Source: Terriglobia bacterium
GTDB lineage: Bacteria; Acidobacteriota; Terriglobia; 20CM-2-55-15
Assembly (NCBI GenBank): GCA_963664115.2
Contig: CAXWPJ010000012.1
Coordinates: 416,001-480,000, forward strand
Direction: 5' to 3'
DNA length: 64,000 nucleotides
The notes beneath the pieces are model-generated. The model saw only the letters and a list, made by a program, of their open reading frames with translations. It searched no databases and was not told where the DNA came from. Within the stretch, counting starts at the first letter, position 1. Each line of letters starts with the position of its first letter. Shown here in pieces: positions 49,615-59,772 of the stretch. A program made the position numbers and the translations under genes.

Positions 49615-50328
49615 TTAAGATGATTTGGCCGTGTGCAGGCCGCACTCCTTGGAATCGGCGCTCTCCCACCACCAGCGACCGGAACGGATATCCTCCGCGG
49701 GTTTGATCGCGCGCGTGCATGGAGCACAGCCGATGCTGGGATAACCTGCATCATGGAGAATGTTGTATGGGACCTTGTTCTCGTGGATATACGTCCAAAC
49801 CTCATCCACACTCCATTCCAAAAGAGGATTGAACTTGTACAGGCCCTGGGCGTCGTCCCAAACCCTGACATCGAGGTTTTCACGGGTGGGCGACTGATCC
49901 CGCCTCAGGCCCGTTACCCAGGACTTTTTCCCATCCAACGCCCGACCCAAAGGCTCCACCTTCCGAATGTGGCAGCACTCACGCCGCTGTGCGACGCTCT
50001 GATAGAACGCGTCCGGACCGTTCCCCTCGACATAGGTTTGCAAAACAGTAGTTTCGGGGCAATACACACGTACAGGAACAGGGTAACGGTCCCGCACCTT
50101 GGATATCAGGCGATAGGTCTCTTCCGGAAGCCTGCCTGTGTCGAGCGTGAACACTTCTATCTCTCGCGCATGACTGGCAATCAGGTCGAGAAGCACCATG
50201 TCTTCGGCGCCGAAACTGGACGCAAACGCGGCAGGAGATGACGACGCGACAATCTCTCCGAGAACGGCCACGACATCTGCCGTCCGCTGAGACATCACGT
50301 CTTCGGAAACACCTGGATTTATCATCAT
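49615..50328 (-). CDS. cysH: APS reductase ([4Fe-4S]-type CysH)
   Basis: ECCHIRK, SIGCAPCT, GRWWWE and ECGLH. Confidence 0.93.
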   Translation of the reverse strand: MMINPGVSEDVMSQRTADVVAVLGEIVASSSPAAFASSFGAEDMVLLDLIASHAREIEVFTLDTGRLPEETYRLISKVRDRYPVPVRVYCPETTVLQTYVEGNGPDAFYQSVAQRRECCHIRKVEPLGRALDGKKSWVTGLRRDQSPTRENLDVRVWDDAQGLYKFNPLLEWSVDEVWTYIHENKVPYNILHDAGYPSIGCAPCTRAIKPAEDIRSGRWWWESADSKECGLHTAKSS

Positions 50329-50329
50329 G

Positions 50330-51100
50330 TCAGAAAATGCACATCAAACCGGCAGCCACAAGGACCGTGGCCAACGCGGCTCGCAATACCGGTTCCGGAA
50401 CACGCCCCGTTAATGAGCTGCCCAGATAGATTCCAGGGAGTGAACCGATCAGCAACGCTCCCAGGAGTCCGAAATCGACCGTCCCCAGGGTCCAGTGTCC
50501 GGCGCCAGCGATCAGTGCCAGCGGTAAGGCGTGCGCCAGATTCGTACCGACGATCCGCTTAGCCTCCATCGAGGGCCGGCCGATCATGAGCACCGCAACT
50601 CCAAGTGCGCCCGCTCCGACAGAGGACAGCGTTACAAGGCACCCCAGGAGCGCCCCTGAAAAAACTATCCAGCCGGGCCCGATCAGACCCGCTCGCCCGG
50701 CTGATCGCGCGGCAATTGCCGCGATGCGACCGCGCAAAGCTACAACCAGCGCAGTCAGCAACAGGGCGCCCCCAAGAACCGGCAGGACTGCTGCGTTCAA
50801 GCCATCGAGCGACGAAAGACGGTTCAAAATAACAATTGAGATCATCGTCGCAGGGATACTTCCGTATGCCAGAAGGCGCATGGCAGGCCAGTCGATGTTT
50901 CCCGCTACTCGATGCGCGTAAACCCCGATCGATTTCGTAAGGCCAGCAAAGATCAGATCCGTGCCGACGGCGACGACAGGGGTGACCCCGAGTCCGAATA
51001 TCAAGGCAGGCGTCATGAGCGCTCCGCCACCCACACCGGTCATCCCCACAATAACGCCGACCCCGAATCCGGCAAGCGGTAGTAGAATATTGAATTCCAA
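50330..51100 (-). CDS. TauE/SafE-family sulfite exporter/permease
   Basis: GMTGVGGGALMTP, AVGTDL and IVGTNLAHA. Confidence 0.9.
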   Translation of the reverse strand: MEFNILLPLAGFGVGVIVGMTGVGGGALMTPALIFGLGVTPVVAVGTDLIFAGLTKSIGVYAHRVAGNIDWPAMRLLAYGSIPATMISIVILNRLSSLDGLNAAVLPVLGGALLLTALVVALRGRIAAIAARSAGRAGLIGPGWIVFSGALLGCLVTLSSVGAGALGVAVLMIGRPSMEAKRIVGTNLAHALPLALIAGAGHWTLGTVDFGLLGALLIGSLPGIYLGSSLTGRVPEPVLRAALATVLVAAGLMCIF

Positions 51101-51404
51101 GACTGTGTGATCCTCGATCGCGACCGATTGTTGAGTCAGACATCCTAAGCCTCTTCAAGTCGCACGATCGACCTTCGATTCTATAGGTACTTTATAAAGT
51201 TAGTCAAGATTACAATCACCATGGACCCAGACTTGTCCGATCGCGAAACTTCAATTATTTATCAGTTGTTTATGGGCAAACATGGCGTGCAGAGTTCCTC
51301 TCCACCGCTCTCAATTTGGAGGCTCGCCTAGGGTAATTATGGATATACTGAATTGAGTTAGTATAGAATAGTCGGCCAAATCGCAAACAAACGGAGCAGC
51401 CCCC

Positions 51405-53570
51405 ATGGCGACAAGCGAAATTCCAGTCGAAGCCCCGAATCCGCACGATCGGTGGGCCCATCTTCCCGAAGACGTACGCTACGAAATCGATGTCTTCGAG
51501 ACCCAACTCAAGCGCGTCCAGACCGGACAGATGTCGGAAAAGGTTTTCCTTGAGTTCCGACTGCGGCACGGTGTCTACGGTCAGCGTCAGGAAGGCGTTC
51601 AGATGCAGCGGATCAAGATACCGCTCGGCATGCTCACTGCGAAACAGATGGTCCAACTGGCTAATTTGTCCGAGGAATATGCCGACGGAATCAGTCACGT
51701 CACAACACGACAGGATATTCAGTACCATTTCGTGGACATCGACGATACGCCGAACTTGATGCGGAGATTAGCCGAGGTGGGGATCACAACGCGCGAAGCC
51801 TGTGGCAATGTCGTTCGTAACGTTACCGGGTGCCCCGAAGCGGGTGTGTGCTTGAGTGAAGAATTCGATCCGACGCCCCACGCCCTTGCAATGGCGAACT
51901 TCCTCCTTCGACATCCCGACGCACAGAACTTTGGGCGGAAGTTCAAGATCGCCTACTCCGGATGCGCGGACAAACCCTGCGGCCTGGCAAAGATGCATGA
52001 CATCGGCGCAGTGGCCACCGTTCGCGAAGATGGCCGCCAGAAAATCCATGGATTCAAGGTTTATGTCGGCGGCGGACTGGGCGCAATCCCCCATCAGGCC
52101 AAACTTTATAGCGAGTTCATTCCTGCCGATGAGATGCTGCCTCTGGCCCAGGCGATGTCCCGGGTGTTTGCGCGCCTCGGTGAAAAAGACGACAGGAACA
52201 GGGCGCGAATGAAGTTCCTGCTGCACAAACTCGGAATCGACGAGTTCCGCCGGCTGGTTGAGGAAGAACGGAGAAAGCTGCCCGTCGACCCGGAGTGGGA
52301 AACCGCGATCGCAACGGCCTCCACCCGAATCGAAGTACCCCTGAAACCGGGCTCTGTGCTCGCGGGAGGGGACGGGGCCCCCGATCGGGGGACAGGGGCT
52401 GAATTCGGCCGTTGGTACGACACGAACGTTCGCCCGCAGGCCCAGGATGGCTACTCGATGGTTGAAGTGTTTCTTCCTCTGGGGGATATCACCGCGGACC
52501 AGCTGAGGGAACTGGCCGGGGTTTGCCAAAAATACATCCGCGATACGGTTCGTACGACCGTGACCCAGAACCTGCTTCTTCGCTGGGTCTCCAACCACGA
52601 CCTGCCTGCTTTGTTCGAGGACCTCAAACGAATCGGATTGAACCGGGCCGGTTCGGGCCGCCTCGCCGATATCACGGCGTGTCCCGGCACCGATTCCTGC
52701 AAGCTCGGCATTACCTCATCCCGGGGCCTGGCCGCAGTTTTCGATGAACAGTTCAACAATGGTAAAGACGGAATGGAGGAGGAGTCCCGCCGGGAAGATA
52801 TCAAGATCAAGATCAGCGGCTGTTTCAACTCATGCGGTCAGCACCATATTGCCGATATTGGATTCCTGGGTTCGGTGCAGCGCAAGGGGGCCTTCACGGC
52901 CCCGGTCTTTCAGGTCATACTCGGCGGCACCACCGACCAAAATGCGGACTCCTATGGACTCGTCACGGCCAAGGTCCCCGCGAGGAACGCGCCCCGTGTC
53001 GTCGAACGCCTGACGACCCTGTACTCCGCGGACAAACAGGATGGAGAGACCTTCTCCCAATTCGTCGGACGGTGGGGCAAAGCCCGTTTAAAGTCGGAGA
53101 TCGAAGATCTCACGCTGACCACATACGAAGAGGCACCTGAGCTTTACATCGACAACCGGCAAAGCTGGGAGTACCACAAGGAAACCGGTGTCGGCGAGTG
53201 TGCGGGAGCGATGGTCGATCAAGCGGAGTTCATGCTCGAAGAAGCTGACAGGCTTGTTTTCGAAGCCACACTGGCATTGGATGATGCACGTTACAAGGAG
53301 GCGGCCGAAAGCGCGATCGAAGCGACAACGAAAGCGGCCGATGCGCTGCTTTCGACCGAGGGCCTGCTGCTGTCGGATAACTACGACTGCGTCACTGAGT
53401 TTCGAAAAAGATTCTATGAGACGGGCCGGTTCCACAAGCCATTTGCTGAAAACTTCTTCAGGGCCGCCGAGGGAAACGGCGCCGAATTCACCGCCGATGA
53501 TTCCAGGCGCCGGGTCGAGGAAGCCGCACTCTTCCTCGAACAGGCTCAAAACACCTACACGAAAGCCTGA
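51405..53570 (+). CDS. Siroheme/[4Fe-4S] sulfite (nitrite) reductase with C-terminal extension
   Basis: GVYGQRQ, HVTTRQDIQ, CPGTDSC and SGCFNSCGQH; divergent from cysHDN. Confidence 0.9.
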   Translation: MATSEIPVEAPNPHDRWAHLPEDVRYEIDVFETQLKRVQTGQMSEKVFLEFRLRHGVYGQRQEGVQMQRIKIPLGMLTAKQMVQLANLSEEYADGISHVTTRQDIQYHFVDIDDTPNLMRRLAEVGITTREACGNVVRNVTGCPEAGVCLSEEFDPTPHALAMANFLLRHPDAQNFGRKFKIAYSGCADKPCGLAKMHDIGAVATVREDGRQKIHGFKVYVGGGLGAIPHQAKLYSEFIPADEMLPLAQAMSRVFARLGEKDDRNRARMKFLLHKLGIDEFRRLVEEERRKLPVDPEWETAIATASTRIEVPLKPGSVLAGGDGAPDRGTGAEFGRWYDTNVRPQAQDGYSMVEVFLPLGDITADQLRELAGVCQKYIRDTVRTTVTQNLLLRWVSNHDLPALFEDLKRIGLNRAGSGRLADITACPGTDSCKLGITSSRGLAAVFDEQFNNGKDGMEEESRREDIKIKISGCFNSCGQHHIADIGFLGSVQRKGAFTAPVFQVILGGTTDQNADSYGLVTAKVPARNAPRVVERLTTLYSADKQDGETFSQFVGRWGKARLKSEIEDLTLTTYEEAPELYIDNRQSWEYHKETGVGECAGAMVDQAEFMLEEADRLVFEATLALDDARYKEAAESAIEATTKAADALLSTEGLLLSDNYDCVTEFRKRFYETGRFHKPFAENFFRAAEGNGAEFTADDSRRRVEEAALFLEQAQNTYTKA

Positions 53571-53578
53571 GACGCGAC

Positions 53579-54166
53579 ATGGAACTGCAAAGAATTAACG
53601 TCAAACTGTTCACCGACGCCGGCGGGAAAATTGCACTCGACCCCTTCCTGGATATTTTTTCGCGCTGGCGGGAAGACAGCGCTCACCCCAGCCGGTGGGT
53701 CGACCTGGCCGACTATGCACACGTAGCCAAGGGGCCGGGCGTGATGATGATAGGCAAACAAGGAAATCTCGGCCTCGATCTGGCCGATCCGGGCCCGGGC
53801 ATCCTATACGCCAACAAGCAGGACCTAGAAGGGACGACGGAGGATCGCCTGGTGGAAACTTTCAGACGTTGCCTGGCCCTGACCGGGGCACTCATTAAGG
53901 AACCGGAATATCCCCGGGATCTCAAGCCCCGGCCTGGATTCTGGGAACTGTCTTTCAACGACAGACTGGAAACACCCAATACGGATGAGACCGATCGCCA
54001 GCTCCGACCCGCGATAGAGGCCACCATTCGAAGACTGTTCGGCTCGGATCACACACTGATTCGCGAAGCCGATCCGAAACGCCGCTACGGCTTCGTCATT
54101 CACGCGGAAAGCATCCCCACTCTGGAAACAATTGCTCCGAGACTCCAGGTCGATTCTCTCCGCTGA
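53579..54166 (+). CDS. Hypothetical protein
   Basis: 195-aa ORF 8 bp after the sulfite reductase; DLADYAHVAKGPGVM motif. Confidence 0.75.
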   Translation: MELQRINVKLFTDAGGKIALDPFLDIFSRWREDSAHPSRWVDLADYAHVAKGPGVMMIGKQGNLGLDLADPGPGILYANKQDLEGTTEDRLVETFRRCLALTGALIKEPEYPRDLKPRPGFWELSFNDRLETPNTDETDRQLRPAIEATIRRLFGSDHTLIREADPKRRYGFVIHAESIPTLETIAPRLQVDSLR

Positions 54167-54181
54167 CACCAGGAACGAAAC

Positions 54182-55795
54182 GTGTTCAATCGCCGGCAAT
54201 TCATTCTTTCCACCGTGCTTGGTAGTGCAGCGATCGCGACTGGCTGCGGGGTTCGGGAGCCGGCAAACCGGGTCGCTCCGAACACCCGCCAGATCCCCGA
54301 TTTCGAACTGGACGAACTCTCCGTGGCGGAACTCACAGCCAACATGGAGTCCGGCGCGATGAGCTCGGCCTCGATCACCGAACTCTATTTGAACCGAATT
54401 GCTGGGCTCGACACGATGGGACCCGAACTACGGACCGTTATCGAAACGAACCCCGACGCGCTGGAAACAGCTCGGGCCCTCGATCGAGAGCGCCGCACGA
54501 CGGGACCGCGGGGACCACTCCATGGCATTCCCGTCCTCCTGAAGGACAACATCAACACAGCGGACAGGATGACGACAACCGCAGGGTCATTGGCCCTCGA
54601 AGGGTCTATCCCTCCCCGGGATGCCTTCGTCACCCGGCAATTGCGCGCTGCCGGCGCCGTCATTCTCGGAAAGGCCAATCTGAGTGAGTGGGCCAACTTC
54701 AGGTCACGCGGCTCCTCCAGTGGCTGGAGCGCCCGCGGAGGACAGTGCCGCAACCCCTACGTACTCGACTACAACCCCTGTGGTTCCAGCTCGGGTTCTG
54801 CGGTCGCCGTCTCTGCAAACCTCGCCCCGTTGGCCATCGGAACCGAAACGAACGGGTCCATCATGTGCCCGTCTTCGCGAAACGGAATCGTCGGTGTCAA
54901 ACCAACGGTGGGACTCCTCAGCCGATCGGGGATCATCCCGATCTCAGAGAGCCAGGACACAGCAGGACCGATGACGCGAACGGTAGCGGATGCTGCCCTG
55001 GTTCTGGGAGCATTGACCGGTGTGGATCCCAACGATCAGGCCACCTCTGCGAGTGACGGCCGCTCTGAAACCGACTACCTGCAGTTTCTCGACACGGGAA
55101 GACTCGAGGGCGCCCGTATCGGAGTGGCCCGCAACTTCAACTTTGCTTCAGCGGTCTGGGATGTGTTTGAACCGGAAATCCAGCTGATGCGGGACGCCGG
55201 AGCCGAGATCCTAGACTCCGCCGATGTTCCGAACATAGACCGGTATGGCGACACGAGTTTTGAAGTCATGCTCTACGAGTTCAAATCGGGTCTGAACCAT
55301 TATCTGGAATCGCTGGGGCCGGACGCCCCCGTAAAAAGCCTGGCTGAAATTATTGAATTCAATGCGGCAAACCCCGAACGTGAACTGCCCTACTTTGGTC
55401 AGGACATTCTGATTGAAGCCCAACGAATGGGACCAACGAGCGAGCCGGATTATGTGGACGCTCTCGAAAACAACCGCCGCTTTTCACGGCGCGAAGGCAT
55501 CGACCAGGTCATGACCGCATACGACCTGGACGCAATCGTCGTTCCCACCGGGGGCCCTGCCTGGGTGACCGACCACGTCAACGGCAACCAGGGAACGGGT
55601 TCCAGTAGCCGGCCGGCTGCTGTCGCGGGCTATCCAAGCGTCACTGTTCCGATGGGGTTTGCGGGAGAGCTGCCCCTCGGCATCTCGTTTATCGGGCGCG
55701 CATGGACCGAACCCGTTATTCTGGGACTGGCTTTCGCTTATGAGCAGGCAAGCGGTCACCGGCGGCCGCCACAATTCCTGAATTCACCGGTTTGA
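54182..55795 (+). CDS. Amidase-signature enzyme with Tat/lipoprotein signal
   Basis: NRRQF...ATGC; GPLHGIPVLLKDN; GSSSGS; GTETNGSI. Confidence 0.92.
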   Translation: MFNRRQFILSTVLGSAAIATGCGVREPANRVAPNTRQIPDFELDELSVAELTANMESGAMSSASITELYLNRIAGLDTMGPELRTVIETNPDALETARALDRERRTTGPRGPLHGIPVLLKDNINTADRMTTTAGSLALEGSIPPRDAFVTRQLRAAGAVILGKANLSEWANFRSRGSSSGWSARGGQCRNPYVLDYNPCGSSSGSAVAVSANLAPLAIGTETNGSIMCPSSRNGIVGVKPTVGLLSRSGIIPISESQDTAGPMTRTVADAALVLGALTGVDPNDQATSASDGRSETDYLQFLDTGRLEGARIGVARNFNFASAVWDVFEPEIQLMRDAGAEILDSADVPNIDRYGDTSFEVMLYEFKSGLNHYLESLGPDAPVKSLAEIIEFNAANPERELPYFGQDILIEAQRMGPTSEPDYVDALENNRRFSRREGIDQVMTAYDLDAIVVPTGGPAWVTDHVNGNQGTGSSSRPAAVAGYPSVTVPMGFAGELPLGISFIGRAWTEPVILGLAFAYEQASGHRRPPQFLNSPV

Positions 55796-55802
55796 TGGAA
55801 TC

Positions 55803-56042
55803 ATGATCCTGATCAACATCGTCGATCTTTACTCGCTCGTCGTCTTCGTTGCCGTCATTCTCTCGTGGGTTAAGCTCCCGCCCGACAACCCCGTAGCCGG
55901 GTTCGTCAACAGCATGACCGAACCCGTACTGAGTCGCATCCGCCAGGCGCTTCCGCCCATGGGCGGCCTGGATTTCTCGCCGATGATCCTTCTCGTTGGA
56001 CTTCAAATGTTAAAAGCTTTCTTGATCGGATCCTTACGCTGA
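55803..56042 (+). CDS. yggT: YggT-family membrane protein
   Basis: TEPVL..IR..LPPMGGLDFSP. Confidence 0.88.
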   Translation: MILINIVDLYSLVVFVAVILSWVKLPPDNPVAGFVNSMTEPVLSRIRQALPPMGGLDFSPMILLVGLQMLKAFLIGSLR

Positions 56043-56180
56043 CACAGCCGGCCCCCAAACCAAGTCTCACAGTGCATAATTTTGAGTGGAACTCTTCCGG
56101 ATTCCGTGGACCACTCTTGTCTATACTCCCGATAGCATGGACTCGAATCACTGTTAAACCGGAGCGGTCGTCGACCAGGA

Positions 56181-57344
56181 ATGTACACCGTCAGACGTGC
56201 CGCCCGAACAAAAGACACACTGCTCGGAGGGCGTTTACAACCGGTGCCAACGATCTTCGATAAGCAGGATTCCCTACCCCGCCCGGTCCGGCTCGGACTG
56301 CTTCTGCTGTTGATGTATGCCTTCTTCCTGAGCATCACCTTGATGGGCGACTCGTTTCAGTTCTTCGGACGAGGATTTGCCGAACAGTTGCTCTCAACAA
56401 CCTCCAATCCCTTCATCGGAATCTTCATCGGCATCCTGGCAACGAGCCTTGTCCAGAGCTCATCGACCACAACGTCGATGGCCGTGGGGCTGGTCGCAGG
56501 AGGCGCACTGACGGTTGCTGGAGCCATACCTATTATTATCGGGGCCAATATCGGCACCAGCGTCACGAACACCCTGGTATCGTTGGGCCACGTTTCGCGC
56601 CCCGCAGAGTTCCGGCGGGCTTTCGCGGCGGCCACAGTTCACGATTTCTTCAATGTTATGGCCGTAGTCATCCTGTTCCCTCTCCAGCTTTCGACAAATT
56701 TTCTGGGACGGTTGTCCACCGTTCTTGAGGGCTGGCTCCGGAACTCCGGGGGCTTTACCCTGGTCAACCCGATCAAACTGATTGTGGATCCCGTGGCAGC
56801 GTTGATCGCCAGGACCACGGGCGAGTCCGGCACGATCATGTTGCTGATATCGATCGCTCTCCTGTTTATCGCGCTCCGCTACATCATCATCAACTTGAAA
56901 ATATTGGTCGTCGAGCGCGTCGAGGCATTTTTCGATACGATACTCTTCAAGACCGCGCCGCGCGCGTTTCTGTTCGGCGTAGTCCTGACGATCATGGTTC
57001 AGAGCAGTTCAATTACGACATCCTTTGCCGTACCCTTGGCGGGTGCAGGTATCCTGACTCTCCGCCAGATATTCCCGATGACGTTGGGCGCGAATCTGGG
57101 AACAACGATTACTGCAATGCTTGCCGCACTGGTCACAGGGAACTCGGCCGCCGTGACCGTCGCTTTCGCCCACATTCTATTCAATGTCTTTGGCATCGCG
57201 ATTATCTGGCCCCTACGACAGTTCCCGATCTATTGCGCAAATGCGATGGCGGACCTGGCGACGCGGTCGCGACTGGTTCCGTTTGTCTACGTGACGACAT
57301 TATTTTTTCTGATCCCGCTGACTCTAATCTATCTGATGGGGTGA
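56181..57344 (+). CDS. Na+/phosphate cotransporter (NptA/SLC34-like)
   Basis: Repeated QSSS and GAN(I/L)GT motifs. Start may be further downstream. Confidence 0.9.
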   Translation: MYTVRRAARTKDTLLGGRLQPVPTIFDKQDSLPRPVRLGLLLLLMYAFFLSITLMGDSFQFFGRGFAEQLLSTTSNPFIGIFIGILATSLVQSSSTTTSMAVGLVAGGALTVAGAIPIIIGANIGTSVTNTLVSLGHVSRPAEFRRAFAAATVHDFFNVMAVVILFPLQLSTNFLGRLSTVLEGWLRNSGGFTLVNPIKLIVDPVAALIARTTGESGTIMLLISIALLFIALRYIIINLKILVVERVEAFFDTILFKTAPRAFLFGVVLTIMVQSSSITTSFAVPLAGAGILTLRQIFPMTLGANLGTTITAMLAALVTGNSAAVTVAFAHILFNVFGIAIIWPLRQFPIYCANAMADLATRSRLVPFVYVTTLFFLIPLTLIYLMG

Positions 57345-57351
57345 CCTGGAA

Positions 57352-58035
57352 ATGATCCGATTCAAAGAACTGATTGAACTGTGGCGTACAGCAAATTCGC
57401 TCACACGGGCGTTTGAGGATTCCCACGTGATGCTGGAGATCACGAGACAGATGTTTACCGTCTCGGTCCAATCATTGCGCCAGAGCGATTCCGCCGAAGT
57501 CGGCGTGGAAATTTATGCGATGGACCAGAAAATCAACCAGTATGAACAGGACGTTCGACGCAATGTATTGAAACACCTGGCAATCACCGGTGGTGCGAAT
57601 ATCATTCCCGGTCTGATCCTGACCAGCATCGTGATCGACATCGAACGGATCGGAGACTACACCAAAAACATCAAGGACCTCGCCGCCGGTCACCCGACAC
57701 GCCTCACGGGTGGTCGCTACAATGAAGACCTGATAAATCTTGAAACGGGTGTCGGAGAGGTCTATGAAAAAATACTGCCGATGCTCAAATCTTCAGATTC
57801 GGCGGGAGCACGAAAGCTGATGAAGGGCCATTGGTGGATACTTCAAAAGTGCGACGAGATCGTCAAAGAGCTGATTGCCTCGCCGGACCCGGAGATCACC
57901 GCGACGGACGCCGTCGCAACCGCCCTGTACACCCGCTATCTCAAACGCATCGCGGCACATCTCATGAACATTGCTTCCAGTATTTTCAATCCCTTCGAGC
58001 GTATCGGATTTCGTGCAGAAGAAGATGATGAGTAG
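57352..58035 (+). CDS. PhoU-domain protein
   Basis: DQKINQYE, DIERIGDY and YLKRIAAH. Confidence 0.85.
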   Translation: MIRFKELIELWRTANSLTRAFEDSHVMLEITRQMFTVSVQSLRQSDSAEVGVEIYAMDQKINQYEQDVRRNVLKHLAITGGANIIPGLILTSIVIDIERIGDYTKNIKDLAAGHPTRLTGGRYNEDLINLETGVGEVYEKILPMLKSSDSAGARKLMKGHWWILQKCDEIVKELIASPDPEITATDAVATALYTRYLKRIAAHLMNIASSIFNPFERIGFRAEEDDE

Positions 58036-58189
58036 ACACGAATTGAACCCCTAGCCAGGCTCGAATCGCGGCGCCCAACTCCTGTTAAAGCATGCGTTTA
58101 CGATCACCCTTCACGTCTTCACCAACACGCGGCCCGACAGTCGAGGCTCATGTGTTCACAGTATGGAATGCGCAGTCTGAAAACATCAG

Positions 58190-58219
58190 TTGACGCGGTC
58201 GCTGGCGCCGCGCTATCCT
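58190..58219 (+). promoter_or_regulatory. Sigma70-like promoter
   Basis: TTGACG-N18-TATCCT just upstream of the first aptamer. Confidence 0.5.
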
Positions 58220-58235
58220 TTCCGGGCTGGTTATA

Positions 58236-58284
58236 GACGTGGTGATTTACTTAAATTGCTCCACGTTAAAGATGTGCTAAACAG
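58236..58284 (+). ncRNA. SAM-II-like riboswitch aptamer 1
   Basis: P1 ACGUGG/CCACGU encloses UGAUUU...UUGC; 3' AAAGAUGUGCUAAA. Matches the SAM-II pseudoknot pattern. Confidence 0.7.
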
Positions 58285-58299
58285 CTCAGGTGTCCCGCG

Positions 58300-58330
58300 A
58301 AGCCCTGCGCCCGTTTGGTGTAGGGTTTTT
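58300..58330 (+). terminator. Intrinsic terminator 1
   Basis: AGCCCTGCGCC-loop-GGTGTAGGGTT followed by a T-run. Confidence 0.7.
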
Positions 58331-58342
58331 GTATTTTGGGCA

Positions 58343-58391
58343 GCGTGGCGATTTAAGACAAATTGCTCCACGTTAAAGATGTGCTAAACAG
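58343..58391 (+). ncRNA. SAM-II-like riboswitch aptamer 2
   Basis: GCGUGG-CGAUUU...UUGCU-CCACGU; 32 bp (58360-58391) identical to 58253-58284. Confidence 0.7.
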
Positions 58392-58406
58392 TCCGGCGGA
58401 TTTCGG

Positions 58407-58442
58407 AAAGAACCCCGCGCTGTATGGCGCGGGGTTCTTTTT
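58407..58442 (+). terminator. Intrinsic terminator 2
   Basis: AAAGAACCCCGCGC-TGTATG-GCGCGGGGTTCTTTTT. Confidence 0.85.
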
Positions 58443-58502
58443 GGTTCACTCCCCGTTTTCAAGGGCGAACCCCCCGTCACGCCGGAACGAGGAGAGATCG
58501 AC

Positions 58503-59741
58503 ATGAGTTTTGTTACAGGGTTGAGCTGCCGCGAATGCGGTCGTCAATACCCGAAACGTCTGATTGCAGGATGCCAGGAATGCTTCGCACCTCTCAAGGT
58601 CGAGTACGACTACGAGGCGATCGGCAAAGTGCTGACTCGTGACGTCATTCGATCACGCGACAACTCGATCTGGCGTTATCGCGAACTGCTGCCAATCGAC
58701 GGTGATCCCCAGATCGGACTCGATACCGGGGGCACCCCGCTGGTTCGAGCCGAACGATTGGGCAACGCTATCGGCATCGATGAACTTTATATCAAGAATG
58801 ACAGTGTGAACTTTCCGACCCTTTCCTTCAAAGACCGCGTGACGGCCGTCGCAATCAACAAGGCCCTGGAATTTGGTCTCCAGGCTGTCGGATGTGCCTC
58901 CACCGGAAACCTCGCAAATTCTGTGGCAGCCAATGCGGCTGCGGCTGGACTGCCGGCATGGATATTGATTCCGGACAATCTGGAAGCGGCGAAAGTCAAC
59001 GCGACCTCCGTCTACGGTTCACACGTAATCGCCGTTCGCGGCAACTATGACGACGTCAACCGCCTGTGCAGCCAGATCGCCGACCACTACGGCTGGGGAT
59101 TCGTCAACGTCAACCTGCGTCCCTATTACGGCGACGGATCTAAATCCTTCGGATATGAAATCGCCGAGCAGCTCGGCTGGCGTGCGCCCGACGCGATCGT
59201 TGTACCCATGGCTGGCGGATCCTTGATCACGAAAACGCATTTCGGAATGAAAGAATTCGAAAGCCTCGGATTGCTCGACGAACCGGTCCGGACCAAGATA
59301 TTCGGCGCCCAAGCGACCGGTTGTAACCCCATCACCGCGGCAGTCAAGAGTGGTACCCGCAAGATTCGGCCCGTTAAACCATCGACCATCGCCAAGTCGC
59401 TGGCCATTGGCTCGCCGGCCGATGGCTACTACGCAGTGGAAGTCATTACGGAATCCGGCGGATGGGGCGAAGACGTCACGGACGAAGAAATTGCCGAAAA
59501 CATCCAGTTACTGGCAGAGACGGAAGGCATCTACACTGAAACTGCCGGCGGCGTTGCTCTGGGCGTCACTCGAAAACTGGTGGCACAAGGCAGGATCAAG
59601 CGGCAGGACGTCACGGTGATCGCGAATACCGGAAACGGCCTGAAAACACAGGATGCCCTGACTCTTCAACCCCCCAGAACAATTGAAGCCAAGCTTGCAG
59701 AGTTCGACGCAGCCGTCCACGAGCTCAGCGTGACAGCCTAG
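58503..59741 (+). CDS. Threonine-synthase-like fold-type II PLP enzyme
   Basis: N-terminal CRECG/CQEC; PTLSFKDR (PLP Lys); ASTGNLA; TGNGLK. Confidence 0.88.
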   Translation: MSFVTGLSCRECGRQYPKRLIAGCQECFAPLKVEYDYEAIGKVLTRDVIRSRDNSIWRYRELLPIDGDPQIGLDTGGTPLVRAERLGNAIGIDELYIKNDSVNFPTLSFKDRVTAVAINKALEFGLQAVGCASTGNLANSVAANAAAAGLPAWILIPDNLEAAKVNATSVYGSHVIAVRGNYDDVNRLCSQIADHYGWGFVNVNLRPYYGDGSKSFGYEIAEQLGWRAPDAIVVPMAGGSLITKTHFGMKEFESLGLLDEPVRTKIFGAQATGCNPITAAVKSGTRKIRPVKPSTIAKSLAIGSPADGYYAVEVITESGGWGEDVTDEEIAENIQLLAETEGIYTETAGGVALGVTRKLVAQGRIKRQDVTVIANTGNGLKTQDALTLQPPRTIEAKLAEFDAAVHELSVTA

Positions 59742-59772
59742 TGGCAGCTACCAGCCATATCGGAGGCATTCG

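Noticed and set aside
58253-58391. 32-bp direct repeat as a mini-CRISPR
   Set aside because: Only two copies, a 75-bp spacer that contains a terminator, and no cas genes; better explained as duplicated riboswitch aptamers.
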